A stretch of DNA of 64,000 nt from a virus (IMGVR_UViG_3300028048_001169:161071-225070); one strand, 5' to 3'. Shown: positions 40,357 through 52,309, counted from the first letter of the stretch. A program made the numbers and translations. The notes: generated by a model not told the origin, from the sequence alone.

Positions 40357-43300
40357 ATGGCTGATACAGAATTACTTATCAAAGCTTCGTATGGTTCCAA
40401 AGCCTCTACGTTAGCTGCTGCCGTTAATAACGGTACATTTAGAGTAACAGATACCGGTGAATTGTTTACTGATATCAATGATACTCGCGTTTCAGTTGGA
40501 AGTACTGTATACGATAAGACAGAGGAACAGATCAAAGCATTGGCTGTTGCTAATATCCTTCCAAAGATCTATGTATCTACAGATACGAATAAGCTCTTCT
40601 GGTACTCAACAGAGTTATCTAAGTGGGTTGTAGTCGGTGGAGACAGTGTTGATCATGCTGCAACTGCTGACAAAGCTACAGGTGATGAAGATGGTAATAG
40701 CATCAAGAGTACATATGAGACTAAGGCTGATGCTACAACCAAGAATAATAAGCTTGGTGAAGATATCGCATCTCTTAGGGCTTCTGTAGAAAAGATTAAT
40801 TCTTTCGAAATTAAGATCGCTGATACTGTAGCAAGTATGCCAGTTCCTGGTGCATCTAACGTTATGTACTTTGTACCTAACGACACCATCACAGGAAATT
40901 CCAATGTATACGATGAGTATATCTGGATTTCTGAGGCTACTGAGCAAGAACCTAACGCTGGTCATTATGAGAACATTGGTACTACTGAGGCTGCTCTTGG
41001 TAACTATTACACAAAGGCTGAAGTTGATGCTAAGATCGCTACATCTAGTGGTGATATTGCTACTGAGAGATCTGAGCGTGAAGCTGCAGATACAGCTCTT
41101 GGTGGACGTATCGATACACTGACAACTACTGTTGGTGATAATAAGACAGCTCTTGAGAATGCTGATACAGCACTCGGTGGACGTATCGATGCTGTTAACA
41201 CTGTCCTGAACGGTGATGGTACTGAGCAGAATCCTGGTCTTATCGCTAAGGAAGCTGCTGATGTTACTGCTCTTGGTGGACGTATTGATGCACTGACAAC
41301 TACTGTTACAAATAACAAGACTGCTGCTGATCAAACACAGACAGATCTCGATACACTCGAGGCTGATGTTGCTACGATCAATAGATTCAAGAAGGCTATT
41401 GTAGATCAGCTTCCAGATATTGCTGATGCTGATGAGTATACAATGTACTTTGTTCCTGAGAAGGGACTGGATGGAGCTACCAACAAATATGGTGAGTACA
41501 TCAAGGTTGATGCTCATGATATTACAGAGGTAGATCCTGAGACTGAGCAAGAAGTTACAACCACTATTCCAGTACACTTCGAGCGTATTGATTCTACAGT
41601 AGATTTCACCAACTACTACACAAAGGCTGAAGTTGATGCTATCAAGACTGCTCTCCAGGGCAATATTGGTACAAATGCTTCTGCTATCGAGACACTTACC
41701 AGTACAGTTAACTAGAATAGAACAGCTTTAGAGGCTGTTGATACTGGACTTGATAACCGTTTAAAGGCTGTTGAGAATGCTATTGGTGGTGAAGGTGGTG
41801 CCTCTATTGCTTCTCGTGTAGGAACTCTCGAGACAGCATTGAATGGTGATGGTACTGAGCAGAATCCTGGTTTGATTGCTAAAGAAGCTGCAGACGTTAC
41901 TGCTCTTGGTGGACGTATTGATGGTGTTAATACTGTTCTGAATGGTGATGGTACTGAGCAGAATCCTGGTGTCATTGCTAACGTTGCAGCTAATAAGACA
42001 GCTATCGAAGCTGTTGATGGTAAGGCTGATCAGATTAGAACAGATTTCGAAGCTGCCGATACAGCTCTTGATGGTCGCTTAGACACAGTTGAAGATGCTC
42101 TGAATAATGCTACTACAGGTCTTGCTGCTCGTGTTACAACAGCTGAGAGTGATATTGATGCTCTCGAGACAGCTGTAAATGGTGATGGAACTGAAGGATC
42201 AGGACTCGTTGCTAAGCAGGCTGCTGATGCTGCTGCTATCACTGCATTGACAACTACTGTTGCAAATAATAAGACTGCTTCTGATAATGCTGATACAGCT
42301 CTTTCTGGACGTCTTGATACTGTTGAGACAGCTCTTAACGGTGATGGAACAGAACAGAATCCAGGTATTATTGCTAAGGAAGCTGCTGATATTGCTACTG
42401 TTAATGCTGCTATTCAGGCACAGAAGACAGCTTATGAGGCTGCTGATACAGCACTCGGTGGACGTATTGATACACTTGTTCAAAGCATTGGCAATATCAA
42501 TCGTTTCGATATCAGGGTTCTTGATAGTAATGAAGGACTTCCAGAGAAGGGCGAAGTATACATTATCTACTTCGTACCTAATACCGGTGATGATAACAAT
42601 GGTAAGACTAAGTATATAGAATACATGTGGGTTGCTGATGTTGATCCTGAGACTCACGAAGACAATGGTTACTATGAGGAGATTGGTATTACAGAGGCTG
42701 ACCTTGACGAGTATTATACATCTGCTCAGGTTGATAACTTACTTAGCCCACTGACAGCATCTACAACAAAGCATGAGACAGCACTCTATGGTGATGGTAC
42801 TACAGCTAACCCTGGTTTAATCGCTAAGGAAACTGCAGATGTTACAACTCTTCAGGGTAATATCGATGGTGTATCTAATCGAGTAACAACTGTAGAGACA
42901 GCTCTCGGCTCATATCCTACAGAAGCAGGTACTAAGACAATTACCGAGCGACTTGCAAGCTTAGAGACTTCTGCTTCTGATACAACTGTTGCTAATCGTG
43001 TAACGAATCTTGAGACAGCTCTTAATGGTGATGGTACTGCTCAGAATCCTGGTCTTATTGCTAAGCAGGCTTCTGATGTTGCTACACTTGAAGCTGCAGA
43101 TACAGCTCTTGGTGGACGTATTGATGGTATTAACACTGTCCTGAATGGTGATGGTACTACAGCTAACCCTGGTTTAATTGCTAAAGAAGCTGCTGATGTT
43201 GCTGCTCTTAATACTCGTGTAACAGCTACAGAGACAGCATTGAATGGTGATGGAACAGAACAGAATCCGGGTATTATTGCTAAGGAAGCTGCAGACGTTA

Positions 43301-43593
43301 CAACTCTTCAGAGTAACATTGATGCTGTTGAAGACAAGATCGATGCTCACAGTTTCAACTATGCTGGATCTGATTCAGAGGGTGGAGCTGCTAACACTGT
43401 TAAGCAGTCTGTATCTAATACATCAGCAGATCAACATGTACTTCTTGCTTCTACAGACAATACAGGTGTAGAATATAGTGATAATATCAAGGTTAATGCT
43501 GCTAATGGTTCTATGATCCTAAATGCTATTAAGCTTGGCGATGCAACTATTACATTTGATGCTGCTACAGAATCTCTTGTATTCAATTTTTAA
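40357..43593 (+). CDS. Long repetitive tail/head fibre protein interrupted by one in-frame TAG (41713-41715)
   Basis: ORFs 40357..41715 and 41839..43593 are in the same frame, and the repeats (LNGDGTEQNPGLIAKEAADV, ADTALGGRID) continue across the TAG. Confidence 0.8.
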
Positions 43594-43618
43594 GATATAT
43601 AAGTTAGGAGGTTAGTAA

Positions 43619-45721
43619 ATGGCTCTTCAGGTAAGATTACCGTTGAGTGGTGATACTACTAACTATGGCTTAAATGGAACGGATGCTACAACACTGGGAA
43701 CAATGATGTATGCATCCGGTATCCTTGGTGGAAAATCATTCAACGCAGGTGATGGTACTGTTGTTGTATCTCTTGATAACGTACCTTCAAAATTTACACT
43801 TGCTATGTGGTTCTCTGGAGAATCTGCACCATCTAACTCCACAATGCTTGCATTTGGATCTACTGGTGCTCGTATCGATATTGCTACCGATACATTAAAC
43901 TACAAGTTTACAGGTTCTGCATCTGGACTGGTTGAGAACGATACAAATCTGTTCAGGGTAAACGATAGAACTTGGAACCATCTTGTTATTACAGCAAGTG
44001 GTACAGAAGTTAAAGTTTATCTAAACGGTGTATTAAATGGATCTTTCACACAGGCCAATAGTGTTGCTACTGTTTTCGGAACAGATAATACAATTTATAT
44101 TGGTTCAAAAGCTGATGGAACAAATGCTTGGAACGGTTTCATTGAGAACTTCATGTTCTATGATAATATCATTTCACAGAGAGAAATCTCTGAGTTGGCA
44201 AAGGGTATTGTTCTTGAGTATACCTTTAATCATAATGGTTTTGGTAATGAGAACTTACTTCAGGGTTCCGATGACTCTATGACTGTTAGCGGATCTGAGA
44301 AGATCAACCGTAAAGAAGATAAGCATTTCTATGCCGAACTCGAAGCCGGTACATATACTTTATCTGCTATTACATCTGGTACATGGTCAGAGTCTAACAA
44401 TGCTTCTACAGGAGCAACAATTGTTGCATCTGATAGTACAACATTCCCTACATCCTTAGAAGTCTATACAGTAGATGATAATGGTGATATAGATACAAGA
44501 ATATTCTACAATATGACAAAGGGTTATGCTACTGTAACAATTACAACTCCAGGTAGATACTATGTAGGTGGTATTGTATATGGTAATGGTGTTGATGAAG
44601 TAACAGCTATTTTCGATCAGCTCAAGATTGAGAAGGGTACAAAGTCTACCATATGGTGTCCTACTCGTGGATCTGAATATTATAATTGGTTAGAGATTGG
44701 TAAGGTTGAACAGGATACATCTGGTAATAAGCTTGATGCTGCAATCAGTGATCCTGAACCTATCTGGTCTAATGATTCTAGATTATATTCTGGAAGTTAT
44801 GACTTCTCTAACAATGCATACATTGCATCTCCAGTTATTGATGTAACAAATCTTGATCACTTTACTGTATCTATTTGGGCTAAAGCTGCTAATATGAGCA
44901 ATAAAGTATTATTCGGATTTGATACTGATCCTAAGTTCAACTTCTCTACTATTGGTGGAGTATTTGGTATCTATGATGTAGAGAATAATACACAAATTCC
45001 ATTTGGAGATGGTGTTGATGTATCTACATATGTATCAGAGTGGCATCAGTATACAATCACTGGTGATGGTACAACTGAGAAGTTATACATCGATGGTGAG
45101 TTTGTAGGTAATGCTTCTAAATACATTGCGTTTGGATTATCTAAACTCTATGTGAATGGATGGGATGCTACTACCAGCTATAACTTCAACGGTCTTCTGA
45201 GTGATATCAGAATTTATGCTACAACTTTCACAGCAGATGCTGTTAAGTCTCTGTATAGCACAAGATTAGCTGTTGATAATACTGGTAAACTCTACGGTAT
45301 TGAATTTATTGCAGGTATGGATGAACTTTCTTCTGCTAAGGCACAGGCTCCTATTATCTCTATTCCAGTTATGGGTAGTGATGAACCAAATCCTGTTAAG
45401 ATTGAAGTTGAAGAAGCATTTGATACAGATACTGGAACTGCATATAATGCAGAGTTCGTTGATACAACTTCCGGTGGTATCTATGGTGCTTCTAAAGAAT
45501 CTACTCCTGTAGTATACGGTGATGGAGAGGAGACTCCAGCAAATGGCGCTTCTACTTCTGCTAAAAAGACTCTGAAGTTCAGTAAGAGTGGAATTATTGA
45601 GTCTTCTAAGCTCACTGTATTCAATACGGATATTACTGACACTAGTACAACAACCGATGATGCTACAGCTCTAACACTTAGTGCTGGCGTCGTTAAGGCT
45701 GTTGATGTAATCGAAATGTAA
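43619..45721 (+). CDS. LamG/concanavalin A-like lectin-domain virion protein (two LamG domains)
   Basis: FTLAMW...WNHLVIT...VYLNG...WNGFIENFMFYD and FTVSIW...WHQYTIT...LYIDG...LSDIRIY. Confidence 0.8.
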   Translation: MALQVRLPLSGDTTNYGLNGTDATTLGTMMYASGILGGKSFNAGDGTVVVSLDNVPSKFTLAMWFSGESAPSNSTMLAFGSTGARIDIATDTLNYKFTGSASGLVENDTNLFRVNDRTWNHLVITASGTEVKVYLNGVLNGSFTQANSVATVFGTDNTIYIGSKADGTNAWNGFIENFMFYDNIISQREISELAKGIVLEYTFNHNGFGNENLLQGSDDSMTVSGSEKINRKEDKHFYAELEAGTYTLSAITSGTWSESNNASTGATIVASDSTTFPTSLEVYTVDDNGDIDTRIFYNMTKGYATVTITTPGRYYVGGIVYGNGVDEVTAIFDQLKIEKGTKSTIWCPTRGSEYYNWLEIGKVEQDTSGNKLDAAISDPEPIWSNDSRLYSGSYDFSNNAYIASPVIDVTNLDHFTVSIWAKAANMSNKVLFGFDTDPKFNFSTIGGVFGIYDVENNTQIPFGDGVDVSTYVSEWHQYTITGDGTTEKLYIDGEFVGNASKYIAFGLSKLYVNGWDATTSYNFNGLLSDIRIYATTFTADAVKSLYSTRLAVDNTGKLYGIEFIAGMDELSSAKAQAPIISIPVMGSDEPNPVKIEVEEAFDTDTGTAYNAEFVDTTSGGIYGASKESTPVVYGDGEETPANGASTSAKKTLKFSKSGIIESSKLTVFNTDITDTSTTTDDATALTLSAGVVKAVDVIEM

Positions 45722-45739
45722 CGAAAGGAGGAAATTACC

Positions 45740-46117
45740 ATGGCTCAGTTTAAAGAACTGCTCGTATTCGGTACAACCAAAGTTCTTGATACCGTTTATG
45801 CTAAGAGATTCGTTGGTAGGTTCGAGGGTGAAATTAAGGGTAATGCTGAAACCGCTACAAAGGCTTCACAGGATGCTCTTGGACAGAATATTGCTAGCAC
45901 ATATGTATCTGGTATCAGTACAGAAGGTACAACTATCACTATCACAAAGGGTGATGGAACTACTTCTACCATAAATACTCAGGATACTCATGTAGAGCTT
46001 GTAGATGATCTGACAACAGATGATGCTACAAAGGCTCTTACAGCATCCCAGGGTGTTGAGCTGAAGTCTCAGATTGATACTCTGAAGTCAGCTAGTACTT
46101 GGGAGATTCTTGCTTAA
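45740..46117 (+). CDS. Small fibre-associated protein
   Basis: N-terminus paralogous to 47053..48147; KALTASQG repeat. Confidence 0.65.
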   Translation: MAQFKELLVFGTTKVLDTVYAKRFVGRFEGEIKGNAETATKASQDALGQNIASTYVSGISTEGTTITITKGDGTTSTINTQDTHVELVDDLTTDDATKALTASQGVELKSQIDTLKSASTWEILA

Positions 46118-46197
46118 TTGTAAGAATTAATCTGCACCGAAATGTTTTGTGGCTATAGTAAAATATAGCCCCTTTTTAAATAAAGAAGGAGACGTAT

Positions 46198-46923
46198 ATG
46201 CCACTTATAGTAGATTCATCTGTTCGCCCTTCAGCTGCTACTGGGAGCGATGCAGGTGTTGTAAAATTATATTCTTCTGCTGGTTCTAATACGGATGGTG
46301 CAATGTCTCAGAATGCAACAACAACAGCTCTTAATAATAAACTTGATACATCATCAAGTAATTATATTAAGAACGTATCCATTACTGGACGTACTGTTAC
46401 ATTGACCTTCGGTGATGATTCAGAGCAGACAGTTATCACACAGGATAACGATACTACTTATGAAATTGGTACTGCAAATTCAGCAGGTGTAACAAAGTTA
46501 TACTCTGGTACAGGTACAAATGTAGATGGCACTATGACACAGAATGCTATCAATAATGAGATCAATACATTAAATACCAAGATTGAAGCTGTTGGTAGCT
46601 TTCATGTATCTGTAGTAAGTACTCTTCCAGAAGAAGGTGAGAGTAGCGTAATATACTTTGTACCTGAAGAGAATACTGGTGATAATCAACACTATATTGA
46701 ATACATCTGGATGGATGACGCTGGATATTTTGAAAGTATTGGTGTATCTAATACAGATCTTACCAATTACTATAATAAGTCTGAAATCGATACAAAGATA
46801 AGTAATATTACGAACGGTACAGTTACTGTTGGTAAAGCAACAACCGCTTCACAGATTAGCAATACAACAAATGCTGTAGCAGATGGTTGTGTTGTTGATT
46901 TTGGTGATATCGATGCCGAATAA
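46198..46923 (+). CDS. Fibre/adaptor protein with C-terminal DFG motif
   Basis: GSNTDGAMSQNA repeats, the shared LP..G....IYFVP..YIEYIW domain, and the terminus VVDFGDIDAE. Confidence 0.7.
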   Translation: MPLIVDSSVRPSAATGSDAGVVKLYSSAGSNTDGAMSQNATTTALNNKLDTSSSNYIKNVSITGRTVTLTFGDDSEQTVITQDNDTTYEIGTANSAGVTKLYSGTGTNVDGTMTQNAINNEINTLNTKIEAVGSFHVSVVSTLPEEGESSVIYFVPEENTGDNQHYIEYIWMDDAGYFESIGVSNTDLTNYYNKSEIDTKISNITNGTVTVGKATTASQISNTTNAVADGCVVDFGDIDAE

Positions 46924-46938
46924 CTATTAATCGCAAGG

Positions 46939-46975
46939 CTCAGTAGTAGAGTATTTCGCTACTACTGAGTTTTTT
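46939..46975 (+). terminator. Intrinsic terminator (CTCAGTAG family)
   Basis: CTCAGTAGTAG/CTACTACTGAG stem followed by T6. Confidence 0.8.
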
Positions 46976-47052
46976 AAGATTTTATAAGTAAGACATTAAT
47001 ATAATATACATATTACGAAGTTTTTACTATTAAGAATCTGAGAGGAGTTTCC

Positions 47053-48147
47053 ATGGCACAGTTAAAAGATTTAATTGTCTCTGGCTCGGCTAGAATAATC
47101 GGAACAATGTACGTGAAAGAATTACAAGTAGATGAATACAAAGGTACAGCAGAAAAAGCTACAAGTGATTCTTTAGGTAATGATCTTACTCGATATATTA
47201 ATGAATTGACTATTGATAATCGAACAATAACATTCAAACGAGGAGATGGTACAAGCGGTACAATCACCACTCCAGATTTTACTGTTAATGAAGCTACAGA
47301 TGCAACTACAGGTACTACAAAAGTATATAATACAACAGGTTCAAATATTGATGGAACAATGTCACAGTCAGCTATAACAACAGCATTAAATGCTAAATTA
47401 GATGATACTGACGTTTTGAATACAACTGGAGAGAGTACAACACGTACTATGAGCCAAAAGGCTATTACAGATGGATTAGGAACAAAGCTAAATGCAACTG
47501 CAACAGCAGTCGCTGCTACAAAAGATGGAAGTGATCAGAATATTGCATCTACATATGTAAAAGGTGTTGATATTAGTGGTCGCACCGTCACAATTACTAA
47601 GGGAGATGGTAGTTCATCTACGTTTGTTACACAAGACACTAATACAACGTATAACACAGCAACATCATCTACCGAAGGTTTGGTAAAGCTATATAATGAG
47701 AGTGGCTCTAATACAGATGGTGCAATGACACAGAGTGCAGTAAATTCTGCTATGTTAGCAATGCAACAGGATTTTGCTAATAGGATTGCTGCAATAGGAA
47801 GTCTTAATTTATCTATTGTTGAGCAACTTCCTGAGAGTGGTGCAAATGCAACTATCTATTTAGTTCCTGAGACGCCAGAACAAGTAAATGAGAAGTATAT
47901 TGAATATGTTTGGATTCCTGATGTAAATGAGGAGTCTGGTGAAGATCTTGGATATTTTGAGAAGATAGGTACAAGTTCAGCTGATCTTTCTAATTATTAT
48001 ACAAAAACAGAAGTTCAAAATCTATTAGCAACTACAACAGTAGCAAGTGCTACTACCGCTGCAACAGCAACTGCATTAGCATCAAGTACAAATAATGCTC
48101 TTGGTGCAAATGCACTGTTAGATTTTGGTGATTTGGATGATGATTAA
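47053..48147 (+). CDS. Fibre/adaptor protein with C-terminal DFG motif
   Basis: MSQKAIT-type repeats, the shared YIEYVW domain and the terminus LLDFGDLDDD; late motif at 46993-47004. Confidence 0.7.
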   Translation: MAQLKDLIVSGSARIIGTMYVKELQVDEYKGTAEKATSDSLGNDLTRYINELTIDNRTITFKRGDGTSGTITTPDFTVNEATDATTGTTKVYNTTGSNIDGTMSQSAITTALNAKLDDTDVLNTTGESTTRTMSQKAITDGLGTKLNATATAVAATKDGSDQNIASTYVKGVDISGRTVTITKGDGSSSTFVTQDTNTTYNTATSSTEGLVKLYNESGSNTDGAMTQSAVNSAMLAMQQDFANRIAAIGSLNLSIVEQLPESGANATIYLVPETPEQVNEKYIEYVWIPDVNEESGEDLGYFEKIGTSSADLSNYYTKTEVQNLLATTTVASATTAATATALASSTNNALGANALLDFGDLDDD

Positions 48148-48152
48148 CCTTT

Positions 48153-48184
48153 AAGCTCAGTAGTTACAATGCTACTGAGCTTTG
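48153..48184 (+). terminator. Intrinsic terminator (CTCAGTAG family)
   Basis: AAGCTCAGTAG/CTACTGAGCTT stem. Confidence 0.7.
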
Positions 48185-48268
48185 TTGTGGTTTATGGATT
48201 TCACATATAATTAATATTGCTAAATATTGTATTTACAATAAATTCTAAGGAAAGGAAGAAGACCAAGC

Positions 48269-49189
48269 ATGTCCAATACAGTATTTCAAAACATTGACTT
48301 TGGATTTCGTCGAGGATCTCATGATGGTTTAATGAACACATCAATTGAAAATGGTACGTTCAATGTATGTAAAGATACAGGTGAACTATACATTGATATT
48401 GATGGAGAACGTGTACCTACGAATGATATTATCATATATAATTCGGAAGCTGAGATTAGAGCATTATTAACTCCTGCTAAGAAAATCTATTATGCTAGAG
48501 ATACTTATAATCTCTTAACTTTCGAAACATCAGATCTTCAATGGAAAATTGTTGGTGGTGAGAATGTTAAATTCTCGCATTCTGCTGAAAAGGATAGCCT
48601 AGGAAATATTATTTCTGATCACTATCAATCAAAAGCAGAAGCTCAAAGTAATATTAATACAGTAAATGCATCTATTAATGATTTAAGAGCCATTGTATCA
48701 AATATCAATAGCTTTGAGATTAGTGTAGTAGAATCATTACCTGAAGAAGGTAAAGATCACATAATTTATTTTGTACATCAAAATGGTTCAGAAGATGAAG
48801 ATACACAGTATGATGAGTATATCTGGTTATTAGATCCTGGATATTTTGAGAAGATTGGTATTACAACATCAGATCTTGGTAATTATTATAATAAGACAGA
48901 AGTAGATAATCAAATCTCTAGTTTAAATTCAACCATTAGTAATAATCAGACTTTAAACAATCAGAAGTTTACAAACGTTAATTCAGAGATAGAAACACTA
49001 CGTTCTAATATTAATAATAGTGGATCTGATATTGAATATATCAATAGTGCACTTGCTGCTTTAAACGAGACTTATTACAATAAGACAGAGGTAGATGCAA
49101 TGTTTGAATCTTTCAAATCTTCAATGGGTATCACACAGACAGAATCAGGTGATACAGTTGTAGATTATGGTTCTATGGATGACGAATAA
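48269..49189 (+). CDS. Fibre/adaptor protein with C-terminal DYG motif
   Basis: N-terminus paralogous to the 40357 gene (DTGELYIDIDGERV), shared YDEYIW domain, terminus VVDYGSMDDE; late motif at 48203-48214. Confidence 0.7.
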   Translation: MSNTVFQNIDFGFRRGSHDGLMNTSIENGTFNVCKDTGELYIDIDGERVPTNDIIIYNSEAEIRALLTPAKKIYYARDTYNLLTFETSDLQWKIVGGENVKFSHSAEKDSLGNIISDHYQSKAEAQSNINTVNASINDLRAIVSNINSFEISVVESLPEEGKDHIIYFVHQNGSEDEDTQYDEYIWLLDPGYFEKIGITTSDLGNYYNKTEVDNQISSLNSTISNNQTLNNQKFTNVNSEIETLRSNINNSGSDIEYINSALAALNETYYNKTEVDAMFESFKSSMGITQTESGDTVVDYGSMDDE

Positions 49190-49203
49190 GGAGGTACAAT
49201 ATT

Positions 49204-52200
49204 ATGAGTGATGATAATAAAACAACCTCCGAATCATTATGGGCTCCAGATTTAGATTTTGGTGATTTGAATGTAGAGGAGAATACTAATAACAATACCT
49301 TTGATTTTGGTGATGAGAATGTTGTTATAGATCCAGAGACAACACTGAATTATAATTACGGTGTTATGGAAGCAGAACCTGCAGAGGAACCTGCTGCTAC
49401 TGGTATTGTTATTGGATCAATTGTAGATTATATCCGTATGGATAAACATATCTACCAACCAGCAGTTATTGTAATCTCTATATCTACTGTAGAGGGTAAT
49501 TCCACTTATACATTATTCGATACAGATGATCGTATTACATATAACAAGATACCAAAATCTGATATTACTGATACAGGTAAAGTCATTGAAATTGATCCTA
49601 TATTAAAAGAGTTTGACTTAATAGCAGCACCAGATTATAGTAAGAAACCAATTGAAGATGGTGATGTAATTGATCAGGATTCTGGCGATGTAAATGCTAT
49701 CTTGATCGATGGTGATGAAAAGACTTTTGATAATCTTACGATTAATAAATCAGGAGATTCACAATCACAATCAGAAACATCTAACAATGCCATTACGGTA
49801 AAGAATGCTGGTTCTCTTACTCTAACCAATTCAAATATCACAACAGAGGCAAACTACACCAATGGTATTGTAAGTATTGGCAGAGACTCTGTGGTAAATG
49901 TATCAAATACCAACGTTACAACAACAGGTGATAACTCTAATGCATTATTAGCATTAGACTATGGTACAATTACAGCAAAATATTGTAATCTAAAAGTATC
50001 AGGTGAAGATTCCTTTGCAATCAAGGCAAAGAATTACGGTGAAATTACAGTTCAAGGTGGAACCATTGAAGCAAAAGATTCACCAATTGTTGTTGAGAGT
50101 AATGGTAAGGTTACAGTTAGTAATGTATCTATTGATCCTAAAGATAATCAAGATATCATTGATATAACCGATGGTACAATTGAGCTATCTAATGTATCAA
50201 TTACTCAGCCACCATTTACCACAATCGAAGAAGTTGTTAACTTCCAACCATTATATATTCATGAGAATATTGATGGTGCAGGTGCAACTGTTACTTTTAA
50301 TGGTAGTACGATTACAACAGAAAATACTGCATTTTATGTAGAGAATGCTGATGCTAATATTACAGTAAATGATTCTATAATCAATGCAAAATCCATTCTT
50401 ACTACAGTAGATGATAATGATTCAGATGATCGTACAACTGATGTTACTATTACCTTTAATAATTCTACAATTGAAGGTACATTTGATATTACTCCATTAA
50501 ATTTCTTAACGATTAATTTAAATGGTGGTATGTTTACCGGTAGCATTGATAATGATCATATGGAAGAAGAAGCTTCTATATCAGTTGTTATGGATGACAA
50601 TGCTCATTGGAAATTAACAGCTGATTGCTATATCAATGCTTTTACCCCACCAACAGATGTTGACAATATTGATCGTAATGGATTCAATATTTATATCAAT
50701 GGAGAACGTTGGATACAGCATCCACCTGTTATTGTTGATATTGATACTGGATATGATAGTAACGGTGTTCCTACAACAAGGATCATGAAAGTATTAAAGA
50801 CAGAAGATCTTCCTCCAATTACAGAACGTAAAGCATCTTATATTTACTTTGTATATGATAAGATGGAATTATATCTGTATCAGAGTTATTATGCAGATCC
50901 ATTCTGTATTGTAGAAACACTACCTGATAAAGATCATATTGTAGAGAATATGCTCTATATCACATTAGAAGGTAAGTTATATACTTATACAAGTTATACT
51001 ATAAAAGAGATTGGTCATGTAGAAGAACTTGTAGAGGGAGAAGGAGTATATGATCCAGCTCAGTTAGAGATTCTTCGTCAAGCAGGTACAACCTACTTTA
51101 TGAATGCTGAATCTAGATATCTAGATCCTCAGACTTGTACATTGCAGTTACCATATAAGAACGGTAATTACCAGTTATCTCTTAATCTGGCAAATGATCT
51201 TGTAATTGATGAGGATACGATTATTAAGTATAATCCAAATACAAATCAATTTGAGATTATGGGTAAAGAATATCAATATCCAGATGAATTAAAGAATATT
51301 AACAAATATAAAGGATTTGTTACTGATACAGTATCTACCTATATTGATGGATATACATTCCGTAGCGATGTTAATATTAGTAATTCTGAGGGTAATGGTG
51401 TAGAAGTTCGTCCAGATGGTTTATATGTTGATGTATCTTTATTCGCTTCACAAGAACGGTATGAAAAACTGATTGTAGCTTTTGATCAGTATAAATCAAT
51501 CATCGATCATTATATCATACAATTACGTGATGGTATTAAAGCAGCAACTGGTGCTGTTACTGGAGAAACAATTTCTCAGATGATATTAGAAGCTTTGGAG
51601 AATTATAAAGACGATATTGATCTCATGGTAGAAGGATATGAAAATCTTTATAATCGTATCGCTATCATGGAAGATGAGGTGGATAATTTCGACGTTAAGT
51701 TAGACTTAGCAGAAATTGACATAAAGAATTTTGTTAATGAAACAAACTCTGCGTGGAGTTCGTTTACTAATGATAATCCTTATGTTCCATCAGAAGATAC
51801 ACAAGATGAATTAACTTTAAAAGGTTCTGTAATGGCAGAGTATCGTTCTAGTATTATAAAAATTCGAACTGATGATCCTGGTATACTTTATGATTATCAT
51901 ACTGGATTATCAACAACAGAATCCGAGATGATGGATAGAGTGGTATCATCTGTTGTATCGAAAGGACAATCACTCAATGGTTATAGTGAGACTTATTCTA
52001 GTCGTTGGGAGTTACCAGAGACTGGTATTGCAGGAATTACTTACTATGTAATCAAACACGATAGTGAGAATCCTTTATTCAGAATCTACTCATGGAATGG
52101 TGAAGAATATGTATTAGGTACAGATTTGTATCCAGATTCAAAAGATCCTAAACCTACACCACCAGAACCACCTGTAGATCCGACTCCAGATAATCCAGAA

Positions 52201-52290
52201 AACAATACTACAACAAATCCGGAGCCAGAATCTCCTGACGAAACACCTTCAGAAGATACAACTCCTACGGATAATACAGATACACCTTGA
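49204..52290 (+). CDS. Large virion protein with central right-handed beta-helix
   Basis: NSNITT/NTNVTT/GGTIE beta-helix repeats, an N-terminal DFG triplet and a Pro/Thr/Asp-rich tail. Confidence 0.65.
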   Translation: MSDDNKTTSESLWAPDLDFGDLNVEENTNNNTFDFGDENVVIDPETTLNYNYGVMEAEPAEEPAATGIVIGSIVDYIRMDKHIYQPAVIVISISTVEGNSTYTLFDTDDRITYNKIPKSDITDTGKVIEIDPILKEFDLIAAPDYSKKPIEDGDVIDQDSGDVNAILIDGDEKTFDNLTINKSGDSQSQSETSNNAITVKNAGSLTLTNSNITTEANYTNGIVSIGRDSVVNVSNTNVTTTGDNSNALLALDYGTITAKYCNLKVSGEDSFAIKAKNYGEITVQGGTIEAKDSPIVVESNGKVTVSNVSIDPKDNQDIIDITDGTIELSNVSITQPPFTTIEEVVNFQPLYIHENIDGAGATVTFNGSTITTENTAFYVENADANITVNDSIINAKSILTTVDDNDSDDRTTDVTITFNNSTIEGTFDITPLNFLTINLNGGMFTGSIDNDHMEEEASISVVMDDNAHWKLTADCYINAFTPPTDVDNIDRNGFNIYINGERWIQHPPVIVDIDTGYDSNGVPTTRIMKVLKTEDLPPITERKASYIYFVYDKMELYLYQSYYADPFCIVETLPDKDHIVENMLYITLEGKLYTYTSYTIKEIGHVEELVEGEGVYDPAQLEILRQAGTTYFMNAESRYLDPQTCTLQLPYKNGNYQLSLNLANDLVIDEDTIIKYNPNTNQFEIMGKEYQYPDELKNINKYKGFVTDTVSTYIDGYTFRSDVNISNSEGNGVEVRPDGLYVDVSLFASQERYEKLIVAFDQYKSIIDHYIIQLRDGIKAATGAVTGETISQMILEALENYKDDIDLMVEGYENLYNRIAIMEDEVDNFDVKLDLAEIDIKNFVNETNSAWSSFTNDNPYVPSEDTQDELTLKGSVMAEYRSSIIKIRTDDPGILYDYHTGLSTTESEMMDRVVSSVVSKGQSLNGYSETYSSRWELPETGIAGITYYVIKHDSENPLFRIYSWNGEEYVLGTDLYPDSKDPKPTPPEPPVDPTPDNPENNTTTNPEPESPDETPSEDTTPTDNTDTP

Positions 52291-52309
52291 TGGAAAGGAG
52301 AATATATAA

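Noticed and set aside
41713-41715. Genome-wide TAG recoding (genetic code 15)
   Set aside because: TAG ends several genes cleanly (e.g. 2803, 12379(-), 27092, 27806, 29181, 40287, 58489), and other long late genes contain no internal TAG.
40615-42657. Long antisense ORFs (e.g. 40615..41577, 42199..42657)
   Set aside because: Shadows of the repetitive, codon-biased fibre gene; the same applies to most short nested ORFs in the track.
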